Source: Klebsormidium nitens (Eukaryota; Plantae; Klebsormidiophyceae). Taken from it: 64,000 bases of DNA. Below, piece by piece: positions 12,165 through 23,033 of the stretch (the first letter of the stretch is position 1; the number at the start of each line of letters is the position of its first letter). The notes beneath the pieces were generated by a model, which had not been told where the DNA came from, did no database searches, and saw nothing but the letters and a program-made list of their open reading frames with translations. The DNA lies in contig DF237221.1 of the NCBI GenBank assembly GCA_000708835.1, forward strand, positions 1 through 64,000. The letters are read 5' to 3'. The translations under genes were made by a program, and so were the position numbers.

Positions 12165-15100
12165 ATGGCGAGTCGCGCCGCTGCGGCTGCCAGGGTGCAG
12201 ATCCCAGTGAATGGCATCGTATCCAAGGAAGTGCAGCAACAGCATTTCGTTGCTCAGCAGATTGGTGCGCCAGTGGGTTTCTTTGAAAGAGGGCCAGCAA
12301 AGTCTGAACGGCGAGTCAGCAACCGCGAGGCGCTTGCCCGGCATCTTAGCTCGTCCTCTGCAAACCCGCTTGCAGATGTCAGGAACAGGGTCTTCATTCG
12401 TTGTCCACACAGAGGGCGCCAGCTAGCCCGTGCAGAGGCCAGCGGTAACGGCGCAGCGCAAACGACCAGGCGGCCCGAGTATATTCCAAACCGGATAGAT
12501 GACCCTAACTATGTCCGCATCTTCGACACCACACTGCGGGATGGCGAGCAGTCCCCAGGGGCCACGATGACCAGCAAGGAGAAACTAGACGTCGCTAGAC
12601 AACTCGCACGCCTCGGGGTGGACATCATCGAGGCTGGCTTCCCTCGGGCGTCCCCCGACGATCTCGAGGCCGTTCGCAGCATCGCAAAGGAGGTGGGGAA
12701 TGCAGTGGACGAGACGGGGTACGTTCCAGTGATCTGCGGCCTCGCGCGGTGTAACAAGCAGGACATTGACGCGGCATGGGAGGGCGTGCGGCACGCAAAG
12801 CGCCCCCGGATACACGTCTTCATTGCCACGAGCGAGATCCACCTGGAGTATAAGCTGAAGAAGACGCGCGACGAGGTTGTGCAGATTGCGCGGGAGATGG
12901 TGGGGTACTGCAAGTCCCTGGGGTGCAATGACATTGAGTTCAGCCCGGAGGATGCAGGGAGGTGAGGGGCCAGGCCAATTAATGGGCTAACTTAACGATT
13001 GATCTTTGTAGAGTGGTTTTCCCCAGCCGAGTTTTCTGTAGAGACAAGAGATTTGGAATTTTGTCTCAGTATCAAACTGTGTGCCTGCTCCTTTCTGATT
13101 CCATCTTTTGATGAATCATCAAATCAAATGGCAGGTTTACTCCGAAGTCCTCGCATAGACGGAGATCGTGCAATAAATGGCAGTTCTTGCAGTGAAAAGC
13201 TATTTTTGATCTGAATCAGGTGATAATCCACTTTTTTAAACTTATATCAAAAGATTTCACATAGTACTTCCCCTTCTCGAGTGCTATGTGCGGCCACTTT
13301 GAAAGCCAAAGATAGTGGAGATCATGCAACTAACAGTGTCAGTACTCAGTGTCTATTCTGATTGCTCGCTCCATTCACCATGTTTGCAGCACTCTGCAGT
13401 TGCTCAAGAAAATGAATTTCTCAAAGGATTCTCTCTCATTACATGCGACCCTAAGTCATCTGTTTACAACTGGTCATTGGCATGCTCTTCTGTTCACATA
13501 AACGCTCTTTTTCTTCCAGGTCCGACCCTGACTATGTCTGCCGGGTACTCGGTGAAGTCATCAAGGCTGGCGCCACTACCCTCAACATCCCTGACACTGT
13601 TGGTTACACCATCCCCAAGGAGTTTGGCGAGCTCATCGCGTACCTGAGGAAGAACACGGAGGGCGCCGAAAACGTCATCTTCTCCACGCACTGTCAAAAC
13701 GACCTGGGCCTTGCTACAGGAAACACCCTGGCGGTGAGTGCTGCTGAATTCACCTTTCTGGCGCTTGGTGTTTTTCAGATGCAAGCCTTCTTGAGGGGGG
13801 CAAAGAGGTGATAGTCGAAGCAACAGATCACTTAAGACACGCGGTTATGCTGATGCAAGCAAAGCGGAAGAGCTCTGCTGTTGAAGCCTGTGGTTCAGGG
13901 CTTGGTGCTTCTCAGACTCAGTAGTGCGAACTCGCCAGCACCTCTTTTGTGTCCTCCGCGACAATCTCTACACCTTCGACGTCTGCTTGGATATGTTAAG
14001 TGCCTGGCAGGTTTTGACTGGTTGTGTGGTTAAGAAAGGCATTGAAACCATTGCAGTAATACTCATAAGGTTGAAATTACTCGACTAAAGTGTGTGATCG
14101 GAAGTCAGACTTTGAGGATTGTTTTGGAGGAAGCATCAAACACTTCCAAGCACAGAATTGAGATCGTCAGCAAAACGAAGCTTTCTAAGACCGCTGACGA
14201 TGAGATGATATGGAGTATATGTTTGAAGTCCTGGCTCCGCTTCCTAGTCGTGCGCGAGTAAAGAAGATTGCATCGCTGCAGGGGGCTGTTGCCGGGGCGA
14301 GGCAGCTGGAGGTGACGATCAACGGCATTGGAGAGCGAGCCGGGAACACGTCGCTTGAGGAGGTGCGTCGATCTTGTTCCTGCCGAAGGTGTTCATTCCT
14401 TGAGGTCTGCTAGTAAGGGGTTTGCACCAGCATTCAGCGGGTTCAGCCACTGCTCACAGTTGCGCCCAGTTGAAAGACTTACTACTCCTTCTCATGTTGC
14501 AGACTGCACAGGTTTGGCTCTGGCAACGTTGGTTTGTCCTTGAAACGTCCGGAATCAGGAGGTTGCTCAAGAGGTCTCTTTCCCCTGGGTTATCGAAAGA
14601 GCTCTAAGGAGACTGCAACAGGCCATTCGCTTGTCCCTTGAACTTGCAAAACTCTCGTGTTGACTAGTGATGAGCCCCCTACCTCGAACTGCAGCTGTAG
14701 TTTTGGCATGGTTTCCCCGCTTTGATTTCGGCAGCTCGTGATTGCGGCGGCTCGGAATCAGCGTATTGGTGGAGATTAGTGAACCCTATAAGCTAGGAAG
14801 ATTGGTACGAGTTTAAAACATCACAGAACGTATGCTCTGATGCAGGTTGTGATGGCAATCCGGTGCCGAGGAAACAACCTGTTTGATGGGCTGTACACGG
14901 GCGTCAACATCAAGCAAATTGCGGTTGCGAGTAGAATGGTGAGGTTTGAGCATGCTGCGTCCGATTTTACATGCTCTCTTCTTCGTCGACGGACCGGATG
15001 GTATCGGCGCTTTTTTTTTGCTCGCCTTCGTGTCGTGAGCAATCTTTTCATTTTGATATCAGGACCCCGATCAGCAGGGTACACTTCCATATTATTTCCT

Positions 15101-18100
15101 GATTGACCCATCTGGTATACAGCCAATGAAGACCGCAGGATACTTATCTCCCTGATGAAAACGCTCACCAAAAACTGGACGTTTTATGATTCCAAACATG
15201 TTTTGCGCATCTCAATCTTTCTGTCCCGCGTTTTCCTGATTCATTCAAACCCGCCCGAGTCGTCAAACGGCCGCTCGTTCCCCCAACAGGCCACGGTTGA
15301 CCCTGGCATCATGGGGCTTCTCCGTTTGTCCGAATGACTGGTTAAAATCCATGCTAACTGCAGCGCTGCTGGGATCGCAGGTCACGGACTAATCGGGATC
15401 AGATACTCCTCTATGCGTCCGGGTTGACCGCCTCGGACCACTCCAACCGCTAGGACTGACCCGACCGCAGGTTACGGATTCCACTGGCATCACGGGCCTC
15501 CTTCCTTTGTCCGCAATGACCGGTTCAATCCTTGCTGAACGCGAGGACTGCGCCAACCGCAGGCCACGGATCACACGGGGCATCATGATACTCTTTCGTT
15601 TGTCCGAATTGACCGATTTATTGCACGCCAACCGCTAGAACTGACCCAACCGCAGGTCACGGACTACACGGGGCATCATGATTCTCTTTCGTTTGTCCGA
15701 ATTGACTGACTTATTGCACGCCAACCGCTAGAACTGACCCAACTGCAGGTCACGGACTACACGGGCATCATGGTCCAGCCCCACAAGGCGATCGTCGGGG
15801 CCAACGCGTTCGCGCATGAGAGCGGCATTCACCAGGACGGCATGCTCAAGAACAAGGGCACGTACGAAATCATGTCGCCAGAGGACATTGGGCTTGTACG
15901 GGCGGACGCGGCGGGGCTGGTCATGGGCAAGCACAGCGGGCGGGCGGCGCTCAAGGCGCGACTCCAAAAGGTAGGGTTTCCGTTGGGCTAGAGTTGCGAG
16001 GTTGAGCAGAGTTCTGAGACTCAGATTGACTTGGTTAGTATGTTGTTCGAGGGAGACGAGCCGTTGCTGAAGAAAGGATGGGTAAGGGTTGCTGAGTGCT
16101 GAGGTTTCTTTGGAAACCGCTCTGAGGTTGCCGCTTGTCAATCAGTTGTTCCATTGTGTCGACACGGTGGTCTTTACGCACCTGTTGCTTTCGTGGGCCA
16201 CAAATGAATTTGACTTCTCTGATCGGGAGGCATTTTGGGGGTAGTCTGGATTGGGAAGTGAAATACGCGGGACGGTGGTTCTTGCAAGGAAGACTGGTTC
16301 CGATAGGTTGCATGGGAGGGACGTTAGAGGGTGGTCGGTAAAAGTCCCCGGCCATCTCTTAATGCAATGTGTGTTTGGTTTGGGTTTGCTTAACCGGACT
16401 GATGTTCCGAAGAATGCTGGGCATGATCGCACCACTTATCGGTGTAGATTGACCGAAGGTGAATCGACGATATTCAGTGTTCGAAATCAAGGGCAAAGTA
16501 TGCCACCTTGGCAGGCGGTAAAGGTTTAGCTAATAGCATCGTTCGTGAAAAAGCTTTTACCGCGAAATTGACATGCCAATACGGTGAGCAACCATTTTCT
16601 GTAGCATTTTCGATGTTACAGAGTTTTGTTGAGACGCCGTTGTTGCAGTCCGTTTCCAGATTGAGCAATCTCCTTGGTAACGTCAGGCCTTACTTTGGTA
16701 ATTCGCCAGGCGGTTTAGTGTCCACTCTTCATCGCTCTGCTTTTCGTCTTTGCAGCTTGGGTACGATAGAAGTGAAACGGTTGGGAGCCAAATGCGCCCG
16801 CATTTGTTCTGAAAATCGAATTGGAAGGTTAAGCTGTTTCAAAGGCGCAAAGCGGACTTCGTTATGATAATAAACTGAGGCTTTCTTTGCAGCTTGGTTA
16901 CGAGCTGGAGCCCAAGGACCTGGAAGACGTGTTCGAGCGTTTCAAGGGGCTCGCGGACAAGAAGAAGGTGAGGATGCCGTCGGCGGCCCCCTTTCGCCGC
17001 CAATTTTGCGGCATCGTTATTGCGCCATCCCTGTTTCGGAGATAGACCTTTGGCTTCGTCATCAACTTGCCATCCCTTTATCCGAAGAAAGGCCATTATC
17101 AGCGTGCCATTCCTCATTATGGAGAGGGACGAGGGACTTACCAATTGACGTATCGATTTTTAATCACCTCTCCATCTGCGAAATTTCGTGTGCGAAGTTT
17201 TCATTTCAGAATTGTTTACTCTTATGCACGTTGACATCGCACATTTGTACTTCCGGCTCCCGCTTGGACGCCTTCGGACGAGCTTTGGACGCCGATTGAA
17301 CGCCGTTCGGACTTTTTTCCAGTCACCTCGGACTCTTTTCCACTCACTTGGGGCCCTCCTCATCTCCTTCGGGGCCTGTCCCACCTGGTTCGGACGTTCC
17401 CTTACCAATTCGGACGTTCTTTTATGTCCTTCGGACGCTCCACGCGAGCAAACCGTTCTGGACGGGACCTGGAGGCGGTCAGTTTGGACGAGGTCTTCCA
17501 GCGGACGGAAGTGAACAGATTCCGAATTCTTTGTCACCTGATTTGGACGCTTTCCCACTCACTTCGAAGCTTTTCCACTCAAGCATTCTATCACCAACGG
17601 CGATCTGGACAGCCTACGGAAGGCTTTCACTTCAAAGCTTTCATTCCCTGCTTTGGACGTTGCTCAATCCAGTTCGGACGCTTTACTCGTGCAGATATCA
17701 TGGACGGCGACCTGGAGGCGCTCATTTCGGACGAGGTGTTCAGTCAACGGAAGGCTTACGATACAAACTCTTCGTTCCCTGGCTCGGACGTTGCTTAATT
17801 CTTTTCGGACGCTCCACTCGTGCAGACCATCATAGACAGCGACCTGGAGGCGCTCATTTCGGACGAGGTATTCCAGCCGACGGACGTGTGCAGATTTGAA
17901 CTTCCTCTTAACTGATTCGGACGTTTCTAACACCCATTCGGACGCTCCGTTCGTGCAGACCATCACGGACGGCGACCTGGAAGCGCTCATTTCGGACGAG
18001 GTGTTCCAGCCGACGCACGTGTACAGACTTCGAAGTCTGCATCACCTATTTTGGACGCTTCTAATCCACCTGGGGACGCTCCACTCGTGCAGACGATCAC

Positions 18101-19377
18101 GGACGGCGACCTGGAGGCGCTCTTTTCGGACGAGGTGTTCCAACTAACGGACGTACACTTTTTGAAGTTACTAACACCTGATTCGGACATTTCTAAAGGC
18201 ATTCGGACGCTTCGCTCGTGCAGACCATCACGGACGGCGACCTGGAGGCGCTCATTTCGGACGAGGTGTTCCAGCCGACGCACGTGTACAGCCTGGTTGA
18301 CCTGCAAGTCGTCACCGGTACCATGGGCCTCCCGACCGCAACCCTCAAAATGAGCGGCCCGGGGGGGCAGATGCACATCGGCTCCGCGGTTGGGTCGGGC
18401 CCGGTCGACGCGTCGTACAAGGCCGTGGACTCGATCGTCAAGGTGAGGGGTCAAAGATTGATCCGGTTTTGAGTGGACTCGATCGTCAAGGTGAGGCTTG
18501 AAATTTTCATGAGGCCCTTAAGGAATCGGCAAGTTGAGGGACCGTGAACTTGAGGCACTTGGGAGAGCATTGAGAGATGTTGCAGCAGTCGATGGGAAAT
18601 TGTGGCGTACCTGGCCGCAGACCAGCTGTTTACCTTATGCGTGCTGGCAGTCAGCTTCTGATCCATACTTTTCCGTTCCGTTGCAGATTCCGGTCGAGCT
18701 GGTCGAGTACTCGGTGAACGCAGTGTCGGAAGGGATTGATTCCGTCGCGACCACGCGGGTCGTCATCCGGAGCGAGAACGAAGCAGGGAGCAGCCAGATT
18801 CACTCGCAAACGGGAGCGGAAGTCCACCGGTCATTCAGGTTGGTTTCGCGAATGCTGCGCCTGATTTTGACGTTGAACCCAGTGGCTGCGCTGCTTACGA
18901 GAGTTACTGGCTGTCTGGCCTGTAGAAGCGCTTCGGTTTTGTCAGACTGAAAGGAGCCCCAGGTTGCAATCTTTTTCTTCCATCGAGGAACCGGTGCTGG
19001 TCCGTCTTTGCAAAAGGGCCTTCTCTTGTGGATGCGGAGCTGTGAGTCCTTTACAAAGCGATCGCAGAATTCGAGCCTCTTCTGACGTCAATCCTCAGCG
19101 GCCCTTCTGAAGGCCAGTCTTCTGCGGTTTGCACATTGCCATGTCTCTTCTACTTCGTTGCTAGAGATTCATCTGGAGAGGCAGAAAACCCAGTGCTTGC
19201 AAATTGATTGCTTACGAGTGTTTGCCATTCCTCTCTTGCAGTGGAAACGGGGCTAGCGAGGACATTGTAGTGTCGAGTGTCCGTGCATATATAAGTGCAC
19301 TGAACAAGCTGATTGGGTTCGGTTACGAGTCTGCACCCCGGGAAAAACAGGCTGCACAGAAGGTCGTCGCCTCTTGA
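12165..19377 (+). CDS. IPMS: 2-isopropylmalate synthase, plastid-targeted, with C-terminal regulatory domain; multi-exon
   Basis: Transit-peptide-like start [12 protein letters not shown], then [111 protein letters not shown], and last exon [23 protein letters not shown]...VVAS* (stop 19375-19377). Confidence 0.97.
15280..15780 (+). repeat. Tandem array of 6 units (about 92 bp), each an intron 3' end + CAG + first ~25 nt of the next IPMS exon; the last unit is the real acceptor
   Basis: CAG at 15287, 15378, 15468, 15560, 15653 and 15746, each followed by variants of GTCACGGACTACACGGGCATCATG. Only the copy after 15748 continues into VQPHKAIVG. Confidence 0.95.
17430..18295 (+). repeat. Tandem array of about 7 units (about 132 bp), each an intron 3' end + acceptor + first ~70 nt of an IPMS exon ([21 protein letters not shown])
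   Basis: GTGCAG acceptor copies with CAG at 17692, 17823, 17956, 18090 and 18221 (real), plus more degenerate copies near 17449 and 17580. Shared core GACGGCGACCTGGAGGCGCTCATTTCGGACGAGGT. Confidence 0.95.
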
Positions 19378-20385
19378 CCTAGCGATTAGAAAGTTGATCT
19401 GTTGGTCCGTCAGAGACCGTAATTATAAAGGACATGGGATTCAATGCTATCCTCCTCGGCCACGAATTGGTTGCTCGTAGTCCGTTTGTCGATATTCTCT
19501 TAGCCGACGCTACACATATACTTTCTCTGCATATTTCCGGAAATTTGCGGGTGGCGGACTCTCTTCATATTGCATTGAAATCTTGCGACGTGGTGGAGGC
19601 CAACCGTCCGTCACCATTTAATCAAGCCAGTGATATTTACTGCACATGGCGGCGCACACAATAGGGAGCACCAGTGTCGTGCGGCCAGAGTAATCTAGCT
19701 AGTAGCATATTTTCCCAAGCACACGTATTGTGTTCCTACCTTTGCTCAGTGCAGTGCACCTGCATGCAGCCCGCCAACCACGCATGGCCGCTACTGAGCC
19801 ACGGGAGACGTCTCTGTTGAAAGATGTATACTAAGCCGCCAGCTTATACTCGCTCCGCATGAAGCGCGCGCCGATAATAACCACGTACTATAACGTAAAA
19901 TAGATCCTGGCGACGGTGTGCCTTCATGCTAGCTCGTGCTGCGCACCACATGTCTCAGCACATCCGCCGGGGATGGAGCTTTTGATAATTGCAACATCAA
20001 GTGTCACAATTTCGGGTAACTGTTGGAATTCGTCATACTTATAGTAAGGCACATGCAGCATGCACATGTGCACTGCATGTGAGATTCAGGTAAAGTAAGT
20101 CGGTACACGCCTCGATCACTGTGGCTCTGAACCGCGTTTCACCTTCGTCTTTACTTGAGCCTGAAGCTCGTGCAATTTGCGAAGGCGTGTCGGGCCTTCC
20201 GAAGACCGTCTTATGCATGGCCGTGAGTCTGTACTAGTGGTTGAATCGATCATGGCTCACGAACTCCAAGAAATGTCGTCAGATGAATGACCACCTTCCA
20301 CCGATCTAGAGGGTAATCATTAGATTGCAATACAGCGGGCCTTGTGTTTTGTAGTCTTTTAAGTGGCCTAGCTCCGTACCCATTG

Positions 20386-21998
20386 TTATCCGGACCGAAC
20401 ATTCACGAACTCTGCTATTTCGAACCAAATGTTGCTAAACGAGATATGCTTCCAGCTGAATAATGCTACTTTGAATAAGCTTTCTGCTCGCAGCCCGGCT
20501 TGAAGTTCCCCCACCTCATTCTTCTCGAAGACTGGAATCAGGACGAAGACGTTTGACCATGTTGGTCGTTTGGAGGCACTCTTTTGCAACCTGTTTCACA
20601 GTGGGACTGCTCTCCCTCGTAACGAATCTGGTCCACAGCCTGCCCCTCAGTCTGGCCCGTCGCTTACGAGCTTTCGGAGAGGTCGTATGTCTGAACGGGC
20701 AAGCTGAGCACAGACTTCCCGGTAGTCGGGGCCGTCCTCGCAACTCTCTGAGATGGTCCTGCCATCCATACGCCAGAGTGAGTTTTACGGAGTCCAACTC
20801 TTTCAGCAAGGCAATGTTCTTCAGCATCTCTGCTCGGTCTTCAGGAGACTCGACAGCGTCGGCGTCCCTGCAACAACAAATGCCTTGAGAACATCAATGC
20901 AAAAGACCAAGTCGCACATTGTGGAAGGCAGAAGCGAGAAGCAAGGACGGGGAGAGTTACAGACGAATTAAGCAGCTGCACTTTCACAACCCGAGATTCT
21001 GATTCATTTGAGAGTATCCTTTTCTCGGGGAAGAGAACTCAACAGAACCGGAAAAGTTGAAAACAAAAGGTGACTTCGCTACCAACCGACACTTTCCGTC
21101 TGCATCAGTGTCCACATCAGATTTAGTTGTAGCAGGGGCGATAGCCACGCCAAAGCTCACCAGTAATCCGCAGGTTGAAAGAAGCTGACAATCTTTAGGG
21201 CCTCTCGGGCTTGTGGGAACCCTTCCCGCAACAAGACATTTCTTATCGTACGCTGCAAGGCGACGTGTTGAGGTTAACGAGCTCTTTCAGCAAGCATCTC
21301 GAGTATGCGACAATCACCTGACAACGCAAAAATAAATATTCGCACAGGCAGAGGCGATAAATATTGCCCACTTTTCAGGAGCATGTCAATAGACGTGCAA
21401 TAATGCGCTCAAACCTCTCGTACAAAGATCCACAATTGCAAAGTATTGTTCAAACGAGACCCAGTGCGTCTCCAAAATTCGCACGATCCCCCATCTTTTC
21501 TGCTTCTAGAGTAAGCTGATCATACTGAAACTGGAGTTGTGCACACCGGGAGGAGATTGGAGTGTGTCTAAGGCCTGGTGGCAGCTTCTCTGCAGCCTGA
21601 AAGAGGGATAACATAATAAGGCCATCCGGCAGGTAGGCTGTTTCAAATGCAGAATATAGGCGGTATATTTCGAGACTTTTGCAGTCGACTTTATGAAGCC
21701 AATCCTTCAGGACTCAAAAGATGTTACCCGTATGTCAAGTGATGTCAGATGTGGAATTCAAGGCTCCAGACGAGTAGAAAGCAGACGGGGTGTGTTGTAA
21801 GCGGTTATGCGACTACTTTTCGTTTACCTGTGGGGTCAAAAGACTCGACCCCAGGCTGACTCGAGGGAGCACCCTTGCGATTTGCGACGTGCTTGTTGGA
21901 GCATCAAGGGGGACCGAATCCGGCGGCACTTTTGCTACTGTCTTCACCCATCCTGTCCTCCTCAAAGCCGATGATGAGAGCCCCAGTACTCGCAACAT
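20386..21998 (-). pseudogene. Possible unknown or degenerate multi-exon gene divergent from MSH5
   Basis: An ATG at 21998 opens a Ser/Arg-rich exon ending at a CAG|GTAAAC donor (about 21822). Exon-like pieces follow after polypyrimidine-AG sites (AAEKLPPGL..., ...NVLLREGFPQAREALKIVSFFQP..., DADAVESPEDRAEMLKNIALLKELDS) but could not be joined without stops. No family recognised. Confidence 0.25.
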
Positions 21999-22370
21999 GT
22001 TGCTTTGCTATGATATAAAAGGAGTCTGCAGACTCTCAATATATCTCCTCTCTGGTTGCAGTCTCATCAGACGTAGCGATCGGACCATTATAGTCTCAGC
22101 CGCTGGTAACTTTCTAGAGGGCGGACAGAAACCAAAAGGCATCCGTGACGTACCATAAGGTTTCTAACAAAGTTACAGATTGACGCTCTTCGCTTCTGCA
22201 ACTGCCAAAAGCTGGTAGCTAGAGCGCCAAAGCTCTTCGTTGGCGTTGCATCCGCGATCCGCCATGGTTAGGTCGCGCTTGAGGTTTTAGGGAGGCAGCC
22301 GCGTGGCAGCCGAGGGTTTGGGCGCTGCGGAGCAGATCATTTAACCCTCGCGCGTCATGACGTCTATAAC

Positions 22371-22557
22371 TTACACTGGTGCGCCCTATTTCGGATGATT
22401 TTGATTCCGGACGAGCAATGTTCGATCCGATTTTCGGACGGGTAAAACCAGGGTTTCACTCAGTGAAACCCCGGTTTTACCCGGCTTTCAGAAATCGGAT
22501 CGAACATTGCCTGTCCGGAATCAAAATCATCCGAAATAGCCGGGCGCACCAGTCTTA
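22371..22557. mobile_element. Short palindromic MITE-like element (family A, internally deleted copy)
   Basis: The whole element is an imperfect inverted repeat (ACTGGTGCGCC...GGCGCACCAGT) centred on the palindrome GTTTCACTCAGTGAAAC. Its left arm matches the 60452-60827 element with about 10 mismatches in about 83 nt (by eye). Confidence 0.85.
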
Positions 22558-23033
22558 CGCGCTTTTCGACCCGACCGTGGCCGGGCGCGTCCGCGTCCAA
22601 TCATGCATGCACTTCTACTCTTCTTCGGCCTCGGTTGTCATCGACATCACTATGGCACCTCAAAAGCATTCTGAACTCACTCGGGTGACTTTATTTTACC
22701 GCTCAACTTCGCGCAACTTCGCCGTGAGATTTAAGCTTAGCAGTCTGCTGGAATCTCAGCTCCAATCGTGATTGATTGTGATTGTTAGCAGCACCTGGCC
22801 TGGAGCTGGTCGCTAGTCTCAAGCAAGGGCCCAGGGACGCAGCCGATCCTTACAATAGGTCAGTCTCGCTTCTGCTGCAGGTTTGACGTGCAATTGCAGC
22901 TTAATCTCAAAGTAAATAATCACAACAGAGGCTGTTCGCAGACGTACTGGAAGTCATAAGCGCGGCCAATGTTGTGAGAAAAGAGGAAGAAAAGACTGCG
23001 GCTGAGGTGCGCCGGCTCTAGAGCAAGCCAAAA

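Noticed and set aside
15280-18295. CRISPR-like appearance of the regularly spaced repeats
   Set aside because: The 'spacers' are homologous to each other, the repeat is the host exon start, and there are no cas genes in this eukaryotic context.
19660-19720. Possible Helitron 3' end (GC-rich stretch followed by CTAG)
   Set aside because: No convincing hairpin and no second copy in the window.
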